From: Protoeuglena noctilucae
Taxonomy: Eukaryota
Direction: 5' to 3'
DNA: 64,000 nt
Assembly: GCA_958009085.1 (NCBI GenBank)
Contig: OY253680.1
Span: 62,001-126,000 of the forward strand
The translations under genes were made by a program, and so were the position numbers. Shown here piece after piece: positions 48,901-61,300 of the stretch. Every line of letters starts with the position of its first letter. The first letter of the stretch is position 1. The notes beneath the pieces are model-generated. The model saw only the letters and a program-made list of their open reading frames with translations, was not told where the DNA came from and made no database searches.

Positions 48901-49080
48901 GGCAGCGGGGGAGTGGGGATATCCGGCGACGAGCTGCGCTCGGATGGGGGAGCGTTGCGTTTAGATGGGGAGGCAGAGACACCTGAGGTGGCGGGGAGGC
49001 GTGGGGGCGCGAGGGGAGGTGCACCGGCTGACTCTGTGGATCGGCTGGACTTGGATGCATCGATGGATGTGTCGGGGTGA
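42945..49080 (+). pseudogene. ZIP4: ZIP4/SPO22/TEX11-like TPR meiotic protein with an in-frame TAA and a frameshift
   Basis: TPR-like exons LWARGAKLFRDGA*, RASRLLALCCL..DQAMAY, DDLLACALQEA and AAWDLG resemble ZIP4 motifs. TAA at 45236-45238; one G missing at 45633-45636. It could be intact if these are assembly errors. Confidence 0.6.
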
Positions 49081-49428
49081 ACGCAGTGGGGGTGTCGCAT
49101 GCGCTGTTGGCTGTCACCTAGCGGGCGCTGTTGGGTGCCTGTAGTCACTCGTTAGGGTAACTCGCCACGCGCGATGTCCGCATGTGAGACAGCGAGACAA
49201 CGCTGCCGCGTGAATGATGCCCGTTCAAATGGGACGGGGCTTTAGACATGACAGGCATGAGAAAGGGTCACGCAACAGTCACATGGGGGGCTGCGGCACG
49301 CCGGCGCACCTCACTAGCACCTCACTAGCGCTGCAACTTCAGAGGGAACAGAAGAGCAAGCTGTCGAGTGGTAATCGTTGGACTTGTCAAAGAGTTGTAC
49401 TCGTCGAGAGTAGTTGCACTTGTTGTCG

Positions 49429-50565
49429 TCAGGAAGCCAGGCTGCTAAAGAAGCCCGGCCGTCGCTCCCCGTTGGGCCGAGTGACGCTGCCTGGCCGAGT
49501 GCTCATGGTGCTCATGTCCTCCTCGTGTGAGCTGTTCCGCCGGCTGCTCGCGCGGCTCTGCGGCGCCAGGCTGCGGGAGGAAAGGGGCAACAAACGTGGT
49601 GTGCACATCGCATGGTTACTATCCATCCCTCATCACATGCGCGCCGTGCTCGCTGTCAAGCCCTCTGCGCGTGACGACCGGCACTCGCCTCTGGAACGCC
49701 TTGCCCGTCTCCGCGAATATTTTGGAGAAGAACTTGCGCGTGGCGTTGCTGGTGGCCTTGAGCCCACTGGCCCCGCGGGCGAGGCGATTCACCCAACCGG
49801 GCGGAGGGTCCACTCTGCGGGGGCGGAGCGGGCTTGAGATCGGTCCCGAACGCGAAAAGACGTCGACGGCGACCGGAGGCGCGGCCCGGGGCGCCGCTCA
49901 CCCCAGCTCCTTGGCGAACGCCTCGCAGAACGAGTTGCAGTTGTGCTCCTGCGGGCGGGGACGGCGTGCAACGCTCCAGGACGAAGTTAGGTAGGCACGA
50001 GGACACAGGCCAGCTCTTGGGTCGCGCGGACGGAGCGCGAGAATCCCCGAGGGACTCACCAATAAGTCATACTCGGCTCCTGGCCACTCTTGCTTCAAGC
50101 GCGCAATCTGCGGCGGTCGTGGGACGGTCAGAAGGCTCGCGGCCAGCGGCTCGGCGTCTGCGCGTCGGCGCCCGGCGCGGGCGCGAGCTCACCAGGGCGT
50201 CGACTTGGCGCTGGCTCAGCGACGTGACGCCGAGCAGCACGGACTCCCGGTACGTGTACATCTGGTTTGCCTTGGGGTCACAACAGTAAACGCCCGTGCC
50301 GGAGTGGGCGAACCCGAACGACCACTCCTTGCCGAAGACCTCCTGCAAGGGTCGCGGGCACCGCGGCGGGTCCCGTCACCCCCGCGACGCACGCCCTCGC
50401 GCATTGCATCGATCGAGTCCAATGCAAATCGCTCACCACGCCTCCGTGGAAAACGCCCCCTATCCCGAGCATATTCCGCCCGATGCTGTTCACCGTCGCC
50501 ACGTAGGGCACCGCATCGTCCCCCGCCCCCGAGACGTCGTAGACGTGCAGTTGCACCACGCTCAT
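49429..50565 (-). CDS. DeSI/PPPDE peptidase (desumoylating/deubiquitinating isopeptidase family)
   Basis: Motifs VQLHVYD, GGVFHGGV|EVFGKEWSFG, YRES..LG, EYDLL|EHNCNSFC and PGWVNRLA. Confidence 0.92.
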
Positions 50566-51281
50566 CGCCAACCTATCGGGGCTGGCCGCTCCCAGACCCC
50601 GTGCGGCCACGCGAGGGTGCGCAGCTCGCGCGCCAAACTCCAACCGCGGCCCGCGGAATTTCGCCGCGTCCGAGCCCAGCGAGGCCAGCGCTTCGCCGGA
50701 CGAGTCGCGAGCAAAGCGGTTTGGAGGCGCAGGGAGGCCCGTGCGCGCGCGACTCCACGCGGGGGGAAGCGACACGCCTCCACGAGGCCAGCCCGGGGCA
50801 ACAAGCGGAATTAAGGGTCGCAACTCTCCGGTTCTAGCCCCTCTCGCGGGCTGGTTGCGCGGGAAGGAGCTTCGTCAGACCAGTCAGACCGGTCAGACTA
50901 GGGTTTCAGCCAGGACGAGCCAATTAGCAGCTGGTGGCTGTAAGGGTCATGGCTGTGACACACCATGGCATGTTCTGCCCGCCTCTTCCCGTCCATCTCC
51001 TGTTTTCGACTCCAGCTCTTCAAAAGGCACAACCCGCTCATGAAAGCAACACCAGCCGTCTTGAACATGCCATTCTCTGCCGCACACATGTTGTACAGGG
51101 GGCTTACCCCAGCCCGTGCCACCCCCGCCTCCACCGTCCATGCCCAGCGCCTGCGGGTGCTGGGCCAGCTGCGGCTGCCACTCACACACTTGTGCGCAGG
51201 GCCAGCGTGATCTCCACAGCTGCGCCGGCGCTGGGCTGCCGCTCACCGCGTGACGCACAGCCGCCGCCGTCCCCAGCCAGG

Positions 51282-52896
51282 TCAGGCGGCCTGGCCGTGG
51301 CTGAACTCGGCCCGCAGCTCCTCCACTCTGCGCATCACCAGCCCCGGCTCCCCGCCCGTGTTGACCAGATCCGCGCCGAGTTCGGCCAGCAGCAGCACGG
51401 CCTCAAACAATCCGCGGCGGGACGTTGCGACTGTGTAAATGGGCGTGTGCCCCTCACTGTCCCGCGCCTCCAGGTCCGCCCCGGCGTCCACCAACAGGTC
51501 CACGCATGCCGAGTGTCTGACCCAGTGCAGGGGCGTCCTGAGCTCCCCGTCGACTGCGTTGGGGTCCGCCCCCGCCGCCAGCAGCAGCCGCGCCACCCAC
51601 ACAGCAGCGAGGGTTTGAGAGCGGTTAAACGCGTGATGGAGGGGCGTCATACCAGATCGGTCCTTGCAGTTGACGTCCGCACCCAACTCGAGCAGGGCGC
51701 GGACGGCGTCCACGCGACCGTCACAGGAAGCCTGGAGCAGCGGAGAGTCTCTGACACCGTCGCCCTGGACGCTCACCCCCCGCGCCGCCAGGCACCGCAC
51801 GACATCCCCGTTCGCCACCTCGTGCATCGCAGTGTGCCCGTAGCGGCTACTGCGATCCACGTCCGCCCCCGCCTCCAACAACACCTCCATCAAGGCCACA
51901 TCGCCACGACTTGCAGCGTACAGAAGAGGCGTAAAACGGCTAGAAAGAGCTGAACAGTTGACGTCCGCACCCGCCTCCACCAACCGCCTCACGATGCCCG
52001 GCGTCGCATGTCCATAGCACGCTGTCGCCAACGTCTGGTCCTGGCCGTCAGCGCCGACCTTTGCCGACGCCCCCGCCTCCAGCAGCGCCTCCACCACCGC
52101 CTCGTGGCCCGCACTGGCCGCATGCACTACCGCCGTCTCCCAGCCCAAATCGCCACCAGGCGCATCAATCTCCGCCCCCGCTGCCAGGCACGCCTTGACG
52201 GCCTCCAAGCACCCCCGCGCCGCGCAGTACATCAGCGGCCATGCCCTGTGCAGCCGCCGGTTGACGTCCGCCCCCATCGCCACCGCTGCCCCCACCGCCC
52301 GCGCCACCTCCTCGTCCCCCAGCGCGTACGCCCACTCTATCTTGCCATCCGCCCCCCACCCCACCGGCAGCCTCGCCTGCACCGTCAACATCAGCGGGGA
52401 GCGGTCCACGTAATGGAAGGCCCACGATATGGCGTTGATATCCGGCCCCTCCGCCACCAGAAGGGCCAGCCACCACTGTGCCAGGCTCGCCAGGTGGTGC
52501 ACGTGGGACCCATCAAACGCCCACACCACCAGGGGACCGAAGTCGATATCAGCATCAAGCGCGCGATGGCCGAAGCGCATGCGGATGTCGCCCCGCCTGT
52601 CCTCCACTGTCGCCCAGATGCCCCACGCCCCCCACACCTCGTCCACCTCGTCGCGCATCTCCCGCGACACCTTCCGCGCCGCCGCCGCGTCGCTCAGGGG
52701 CACCAGCCGCAGAATCTCGCGATGCATCTCCTCGGGCAAGTCACTCCAGCCTGCGAGGGCAAGCAGATACGCTTTAGGTTGAAACGAGGCGGTTGCTGCC
52801 CACGCAAACCAAACGCCCTCCTATGCGCGCCTCACCCACGCGCGGACCGATACTCTTGGCCCCGGATGACCGCTTGACCTTACGCCCGCCAGCCAT
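51282..52896 (-). CDS. F-box + ankyrin-repeat protein
   Basis: A short first exon MAGGRKVK..V is spliced to GWSDLPEEMHREILRLVP..ARKVSREMR (F-box), followed by about 8 ankyrin repeats (TPLLYAA, TPLHHA, GADVN, TPLHW). Confidence 0.88.
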
Positions 52897-53402
52897 CGTG
52901 CGACGACCTGCGCAAATGAACCCCGTGCGCCGTCCACGCTGCCCTTCATCGTTAATCGCTTCGCAACCGCAGGCGCCTGCCGCATAGCCGCATCCCCACT
53001 CACGCGTTGCACAAGGAGGGTGGCGGTGGCCTCGCACGCTCTTGCGTGCTCGTGTTTGCGGCTGTGCAACCAGTGGCTCGCTCTCCGATTGCACGCTCGC
53101 GGTCCTCGGCTCACAGTCGCATTCGCTAGGCAGTTAGCGCGAAGTGCCCAGCGCCGGCTTCGAGCCCCACAGGGAGAGATTGGCAGGCGCGGGGGAGACC
53201 CCGGCTTACGGGCCACAACGGGATGTCGCTGGCGCCTGCGCCGATGTCCGCACGGGTCGGCCCGCAAGACGGCCATAGTGCACGGATGTCGCTTGCTTTG
53301 CGTTGCCGGAGCCGTTTCTCTTCCACGGCTCATGAGAAAACCAATCTAGGACTTGCTTGTGCGCTGAAAGTCTCGCGGATAGGACCGGAGGGGTGGGGAG
53401 AT

Positions 53403-56400
53403 ATGGACGGAAGGAAGAAGCTCCCAAGTGCGTGCGCGACGCGACGCTGCGCCGGGATGGCGCCCGCTCGCGGCCTGTCTCGCGCTGTAGCTCGCTCCCG
53501 CGCCCGCGCCTCCCCCGCGCGCCAGCGACGGCGACGCGAGAAATCGCGGCATAGGCGTGACACCCTGCGTCTGGGACGTGACGACGATGCCGCACATTTC
53601 CCCATTTCCAGGGCGGGGCGACTTGCTGGTGGCGCGAGCCCAGCAGGAAGGGAGGGAGACCGCCCTCCGCCGAGCCAAGCTCCTTGAGTCCATGAGTTGA
53701 GTTCGGCCGCCGCGGACGGATGTATGGACGGCGCTCGCGCGGTATCACCCCGCGGCGGGCGCAGCCATCGCCAGCGAGACTTAAACTGAGCGCCGACCCT
53801 GCACCCCGCAGCGACGACCAAGCCCGGGCCGCCCGCCGTCTTGAAGACGCTCGACATGCAAAAGTCGCAGTTCTTGATGCATCGCGACCAGCAACCGCGG
53901 GCCCCTGTGGACCGAGCGCGGCAGGAGGCCCCTGGAGCGCCGCCCGTGGGTCCGGCCATCCCACGCTCGCACCCGCAGAGCCTTCCCGGCACGGACAGCG
54001 CCCCTCGCACGTCGCCCTCCGTTGCTCGAACCCTGTACCGTGCGCAAACCCCTCCGGCCAAGGTCACTCCGGTTAAGCGGCCTTCCCCAACCAGCCCCAT
54101 CCCCAGGTGCGTTGCTCCGCCGCCCGGTCACCGCGGCGCCCTCTTACCTCCTCAGCGCCGTCAATTACGAATGAATTTGTGCTCCGCAGACACTCCGCCG
54201 CCCTCGCCGTCTCCGCGGGGCTCCTCGCGTCGCCCTCCCCCGGCCACCCTAGGGCACCAGGTCCGCTGCGCTGCGGGGACGCGCGCACGAGGATGCTTGC
54301 GTTTGCACTTTGCCAAAATAATCATCTAAATTCGATTCCTCGCCTCCTTACTCCGCAGCCATGAGCCAGCGCCCCACGTTCGCCCAGGCCGCGCCCACGC
54401 ATGCCGACGCGCCGCGCACTCCGCCGCGCAAGCAAGCCCGCCTCTCCTCCATGCGCCTCACGTCCCATAAGGACACAGCAGGCGAGTCCAGTTCCGCAAT
54501 TTGCCAAACGCCCGTCCTGCACAACCATCCATGACCATGCGTGCTGCACGGCAACAACGCAAAGGCTCTCAGCCGAGCCATCCCACCCCTCCCGCGCCCG
54601 CAGCTCCAGCGTCGTCGCCATGGACGCCGCCGGCCGCGAAACCTCCCCCCCTTGCACCTCTCTTCGGCATAGCCTCACTGCAAGCCACCGCCCCCGCACC
54701 GGCTCCCTCCCGCCTGCCCGCACCCTCCCGGCTCTTCACCCCCGCCCCCGCACCCGCACCCGCCCCGGCGCCCCCGTTCGTGATTCGGCGCCCCGCCGGC
54801 GCCGGCATGGTCAACCTGGGCAATACGTGCTACATGAACGCGGTCCTCCAGGCGCTCACGACTCTGTCGCCCTTCGCGGCGGACCTCGCGCACCCGGACG
54901 TCGCGGCGGGGCCGCACGCGCCGGGCAGCGCGGTGCAGGCGCTGCTGGAGCTCTCGAGGAGCAGGGAGGGCGCGGCGGCGACCGCGTCTGGCACGGGGTT
55001 GTCGGACACAGCGGTCTCTGGCGCGGGGCTGACGTCAGCCATCTCGCCTCTGAGCGTGAAGGCCTCCGTTGAGCGCCACTTCGCCCGGTTCGCGGGGTCT
55101 CTGCAGCAGGACGCCCATGAGTTTCTGGTGTCCCTGGTGAGAGCCAGAATGGGGTGGCGGGGTGGCATGAGACGGGCTAGTTATGGCAAGCGTAAGCGAG
55201 GAGTGTAGAGGGCCGGGGTGGAAATGGGATAGCAGGAGTGCAGTAGTGCATCCCACCCCCTCCTGTCGACACGATCTTGCCCCCGCTCCCCACCATCACA
55301 CCGCAGATGGACGTGGTGCAGCAGTGCATAGCACCACCCCACGATTGCTTGTCGACACCCTCCCACCCATTCCCGCTCCCCACCATCACCCCCCTCAGAT
55401 GGACGTAGTGCAGCAGGAGTGCCTGGCCCGCGACGCCCGCCGCCTCTCCCTCCCCTCCCCCGCCGTCCCCGTGGACGCGGCCTCGTGCCCCGTCTCCCGC
55501 TCCTACAGCATGTGCGTGGAGCACGTCATGTCGTGCGACCGGTGCGGGCAGACGTCCAGCAACTCCGAGACCACCACGGAGATCAGGCGAGAGATGCTTG
55601 TGGGGATGAGTGCGAGTATGAGTGTGAATATGAGTGCAAGTCATGCATGGACCTTGCGCATAAAGCTATGTAGAGACCACCACGGAGATCAGGCGAGAGA
55701 TGGGGTGAGGTGATGAGTGCGAGCCATGCATGGACCCTGTGAAGGGATTCATCCACACTGTTGCTGGTGTCACTGCTTAACTCACCCCAAACCCACTCAC
55801 CCAACACCTCACCCCTTACCCCTCAACCCTCACCCACACCCCATCCCCCACCTCCCCAGCCTAGAGGTCCCCGTCCCCGACCCCTCCGCCCCCTCTCCCC
55901 TCCTCCTCTCCGACCTCCTCGCGGCCTCCATGCAACCCGAATCTGTTTTGAAAAACTGCGATGCTTGCGGGGCCAAGTCGGCGCCCCACACGGTGCGGCA
56001 CGTGGTGACGAGGCTGCCGAGGGTGCTGGTGCTGCACTTCAAGAGATTCTGTGCGGAGGAAGTGGGGGGTGAGTCATGGAGTGGGACTTTTAGATCTATC
56101 GCTAGCGTAGTAGCAGTGCAAAGCATGTTTGTTGTCGCTTGCCACTCTGGCCCATCCCACTCGCCACTCGTCACCCCCACTGCCACCCTCCCAGCCACCC
56201 GTCCAGCCACCCCCACTGCCACCCTCATCCCCACCCCCACTCCCATCCCCACTGCCACCCCCACTGCCACCCCCACTGCCACCACACCCTCACCACATCC
56301 CCACCCTCGCTGCCACCCCCAGGAATCCACCTCCTCCGCAAGGTGGCCACCCCCGTGGTGGTGCAAGGCCGCCTGTCTTTGGCCAGCGTCACTGCGGACG

Positions 56401-57609
56401 TGGCGGGCAGCCACCGGCGGCCCAGGGCCCCATTGGGACCGAGGAGGGAGGCCACCGGCCCTGCGTGCGACGGCGCGGCGACCACGGTGAGAATCGAACG
56501 CTTGATGTCCATCTGTTTGTAAGTTGATGTTCAATAGCTAGCTAGCGACGGTGAGGGTCGATTGCCGGGTGTCGGTATGTGTGCCAGTCACCCATCAGCG
56601 TTGGCGAGGATCAAACGCTGGCTGCCGGCAGTAGTTTCCTGGCACTCGCTTCCTGGCGTAAGAAACCCCTCACTTCCCTCTTCCCCCTTTAACCCAGGGG
56701 AAGGAGAACCGAGACGGGTGGGCATCGTCGGCCACTCCCCACGCCCGCCCCCCCTCGCCCGTCGATGTTTTGCGGCCAAAGAACTTATGGGCGACGCCGG
56801 GGGGTGCCGAGAGGGACCGGGGGGGCTGCGGGGGCGCGCAGGGGGGCAACGGTGGAGGGGTGGAGGTGGAGGGGGGTGCGGGGTTGGGTGGGGTGGGTGG
56901 GAGCAGGGCTGGGAGGGACGGCGGGGGTGCGGAATGCGCGGATGGGCTGGGGTCCGGGGGTGGCGGGGCAAACGGGGATGGGGCGCTGAGGCTGGGGCCT
57001 GAGGGGGAGACGGGAGCAGGGTTGGCGATGGGTCATCAAGCAGACAACGAGTGTCAGTCACTGTCACAGCCCCAGTCGCAATCTCAGTCGCAATCGTCGT
57101 GCGTCGTGATGTGGGGGGATGCGCACGCCGAAGGGACCACGCCGCCTTCCCCAAGGGACCACCTTCATTGTGATGGCAGTGGCAGTGGGGCAAAGAGCGA
57201 CAATGACGGCGCCGCACACGACAGCACAGCGACCCGACCTGGTGCCGTTGCGGACTCCAAATCCCCCTGCCGGTACTTCCTGAGCGAAAGCGCCGCAATG
57301 GGCCCAGCGGGGGCTCCGGGAGCGACCTCACCGTCACCCACCCCCTCCCCCTCCCCCCGCACCTCTCGCCCCGCCAGCCCCGCTTTGCCAGAAACGCCCC
57401 CGCTGGAGTACCTCTGCAAGGCGGTGGTGCACCATTTGGGCGATTCGCTGGCGGCGGGGCACTTCGTGGCTGACGTCAGGGAGAGTGCAGGGGGGCTGTG
57501 GTCGAGATATGACGACTCGAGGGTCGCACCCATATCCACTCAGGAGGTCATTGCACCCAGCCACACGTGCTTCCTGGCCTTCTTCGTCAACCAGTCGTGC
57601 GCGTTCTGA
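53403..57609 (+). CDS. Ubiquitin-specific protease (peptidase C19); 5' end uncertain
   Basis: Cys box GMVNLGNTCYMNAVLQAL, QQDAHEFL, CDRC/CDAC zinc ligands, LPRVLVLHFKRF and His box HLGDSLAAGHFVAD..WSRYDDSRV. Confidence 0.9.
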
Positions 57610-57960
57610 TATCATTATCTGATATCTGTGTGCCGGGGTGGGCCGGGATGGGATGGGACCCAGATATGGTGTTGTGGCAGTGGTGGGGGCCGGGGGGTTA
57701 ACAGAGATTGGCAGTGTGTCGTGTTGCTTGGCAATGGGCTTGTCTGAGAGGCGCTTTGCAACGCGTGAGTGGTTCTTCTTGTCCCGAGCGAGCGCCAGCC
57801 AGGCGCTGCGTTGGTTGCGCAAACCGCGTTGGTTGAATCCCGCTATTGACAGCGGCACAGCATTAGTGGGCAAGCATTATGACTGTGGGATCCATAACCG
57901 CGCGCAGCGCTACCCCTGCTGCTAACCCAGCTCACAAACAACCCTCCTCATCATCATCCA

Positions 57961-60950
57961 TCACCCACTGCCTTTGCTAGCCAAGTGTTGCTGTACGGCT
58001 CGCATCGCACGCTCCCGCAGACCCCCCAGCCCCGCCATCCCCTCCAAACGCAAAACGAGAGGGGGCGACCTAGGCTGTGCACTGCTATCCCCCGCCCCAC
58101 CACCCTGCGCAACCGCACTGCCCCTGCCAGCCCCGCCTGTCCTACCGGCCCCACCACCCCCGCCCTTGCTGGCATTACCAACGCCACCCCCGCCATCATC
58201 GGCGCTCCCACCACTCCCGCCACCACCAACGTTACCCCCGCCACTCCCACCACCTGCCCACGACGGCAATGCGCGTTTCCTTGACTTGCCAGGCGCATTG
58301 TCAGCTGTCCCCTCTCTTGCCCCCCTGTCACCCCGACCCTCTCCCCTCACCCCCGTACCCGCACCCCCACCGTCGCTTTTCTCACCCCTACCGATCACCC
58401 CCGCACCCCCACTTTCCCTCAACCCCTCACCCCTCCCACCCCCACCCTTGCTACTCCCCTCGCCCTCCCCACCACCCCTCCCCGCCCTCCCGCTCCCATC
58501 CTCTCTGCTCCCCTCGCCAACCCCATTCTGAGATGACCCACGCAGCCTCGCCACACACACCCCTGCCTCCCTTGCTCCCTTGTCCCTCCTGCCACCCCTC
58601 CCACCACCGTCCCCACCGCCCCTCTCACTGCCCACCTCACCACCCCTGTCGCTGCCTCCGTCACTGCTCCTCTCACTGCCCCTCTGGCCACTTCCCTCAC
58701 CACCACGGACACCTCCCCTCTCGTCACTTCCCTCACCAGCTCCCTCACCACCTCCGTCACCCGCACCACCATTCCGCCCCACCTCTCCCCCCATCCCTCG
58801 CGTCGATGCCGGAGCCCTCACCGCAGCGGTAATGACCGCCGACGGGGCACTGCAAGCACGCACAACGATACAACATTCAAGCCAAACAATACAGCTGCGC
58901 ACAATATGTGGCGATGGAGACTAGCACTGTGCCACCACCACCCTCACCTGGGCGCTGCCCTCGCCACGTACACCGCTGCACTGTCATACACAATCACTCA
59001 ACCACTCAACCATACGCTACCACCACCACTACTCTCACCTGGGTGCTGCCCTCGCCACATACACCGCCGCCCGGTCGTAAGCCACCGCGCTCCCCGCCTG
59101 CCCCGCAAACGCGCACGCCTCATGCCACAGCCGCGCCGTCTGCCTCCCGAAGAAGGGCTCCAGGGAATCGAACGCATAACGCGGAATCGACACTTGCAAG
59201 ACCATGCAATTGGGCAAGTCGTTGTTATCGTTGTTGTCGTGGGGTGCTTGGGGGGCGGGCGTGGGCTCTCGGGTCACTCGGGGTGCCTGGGGACGGAGAG
59301 ACTGGCAGTGTTGCATTGTATTGTAATACATGGGGTGTAAGAGACATGGATCGTGACACGCATGGATGTGGTGAGTAAAAGAGGTCGAGACAGGCAGTGT
59401 GTCGTGCACCAACCCCTCTCGCCTAGTACTATCAACGCACTCAGTCAAAGACACAATCACCTGCCAGCTCCTCTCCAGGAGTCCCATCAACAAATCCTCC
59501 AACAGCTGAACGTCCTCACAGCCCAGCAGAGCGCAGAGCTCCCTGTGAACGAAACCCCGCACCCCGCCACCCAGCACCCTGGTCGCACCGCCACCCGCAC
59601 CCCCACCCGCACCCCCACCCCCACCGCCCTCCCCCACCGCCACCCGCACATGCGTCACACTTGCCGCCTCCCGTGCCGGACACGCCCACAAGTCCGCCTC
59701 ATACACCAGCCGCCGGAACGCCCCACTGCTCCGCCCCGCCTGCCCAGCCATATTTGAATCCACCGGGCCTGACACAGGGAACACCCCCACCGTTGGCCAA
59801 GGCTCCACTACCACCGAGGGAGCCCCCGCGACCGCCCCGTACCCCGCCTCGCCACTCCCGCCGCGATCTCTAAGCATACTAGCACCCCTGCCTGCACCGT
59901 GCGCCACCCCCGCTCTGCGGTGGGTATCGCTTTCTTGGGCCATCCACAACACACGGCGGAAGTAAGGCCGGGGCTCCCTCGCTCGCCCGGGCTCGCTGTC
60001 TTGGCCCCCGGCACTCCCCCTGTCAGTCCCTGTGAAGTCTCCCCAATGACGCCTTGTGTTGTCCCAACCACGCTCCCCACGCTGATGGCTAGCATCATGT
60101 TGACCATCCCATCGACCGTCCCATCGACCGTCCCATCGACTGTCGTATCGACTATCGTATCGACCGTCGGATGGGTGATCATGATATCGATCGTCATATC
60201 GATGCTCCCACCGGTCTCCGTGCCAGCTCCGCCGTGGCCGCCGCCGCCTCGCGTCTTCTGCCAATGCCACGTCGTCATCGCCCGAAGTGGGGGGGGTGAC
60301 GGGGACGGGCTCCTCGGTAAAGTCACTCTCGGATCTGAGGGGGGGGGTGGGAGTAGGGTGGAAGAGTGGGGTGCGTGAGCGGTGCGAGTAAGCGGGATGC
60401 TGGTTCGTGCTGCTTTGTCGCTGCACACAGCACCTGACGTTCGTGACCAAAGAGAGGACCCGTTGCCTGCACAGGGGGCAGGTGTGCTTGGAGGCCAGCC
60501 ACGTCCTCAGGCAGGGGGCGTGGTACCAATGCAGACACGGGAGAGTGCACGCCGTGTCCCCGGCATCGCCCTCGTCTCGCAGGCAAATCGGGCACACGAA
60601 CGCCGCCACGCACGGACGATGTGACTCGTTTCGCGCATCGCAACCTTCCCCCGCGCCCTCGGCGGGCGCGGAACCCTTCGCAGGCGCCCTTTCCACGAGG
60701 ACGACATCCTCCGACGCGGCACTGCGAGGGCGCGGGACGTCACACGTGCATGCGGATACTACAAGGAAGCACTGGAAAGCACGATGGGCGCCGGCGAGCC
60801 ACGCGGCGCGCAGAAAACGCGATGCCAAGACACGGTCGCAACGTTGCTCCGTCTGCACGCTGCGCTGACCTGTTGATTGACAGCAGGATCGTGCTTTGTA
60901 AGAAGCATAGAAATTACCTGTCGGACCCTTCCGATGAGCTCGTCTCCCAC
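57961..60950 (-). CDS. TOPORS-like RING E3 ligase (both ends uncertain)
   Basis: RING CPICL..LPCLHWYHAPCLRTW..CPLCR followed by NVR|SESDF, RRLVY, FVHREL..L and LEPFFGRQTARLWHEACAF. A Gly-rich 3' exon is tentative. Confidence 0.72.
60104..60170. repeat. 12-bp coding tandem repeat (R-Y/W-D-G/S)
   Basis: (cc/gt)atcgac(c/t)(g/a)tc repeated about 5 times, encoding DGRYDSRYDSRWDGRWDGRWDG on the minus strand. Confidence 0.85.
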
Positions 60951-61300
60951 GCGTGGCGCTGGCTCGCGTGCGCCCCCCTCGTCATCGCCTTCCCGCGATC
61001 GCGGCCTTCGCGGCCTCAGCCTGTGGCCTCTCGCTCTTCACCATCTCCGCAGTAGCCAAGTTCTTCGATCGTTTTCAAAGCCGAAGAATGCATCTGGCAA
61101 TCAGGGCACTTGCGCCAAGCGCAGGGCGTGCGAGATGCGCCGCTGCAGAGCAGGCGTGCGCTTGCTTCCCGCAGCGCAATCATCATCCAGAACGTGACCA
61201 CGCAAGCAACAAAGGTGCGCAGAATGCCCGTCCACGTCCCCGCCCGGCTGCGCTATGTTCTCTGACGTGCTGCGCCTCTCCAAGCACTCGCTGCGCCCCG

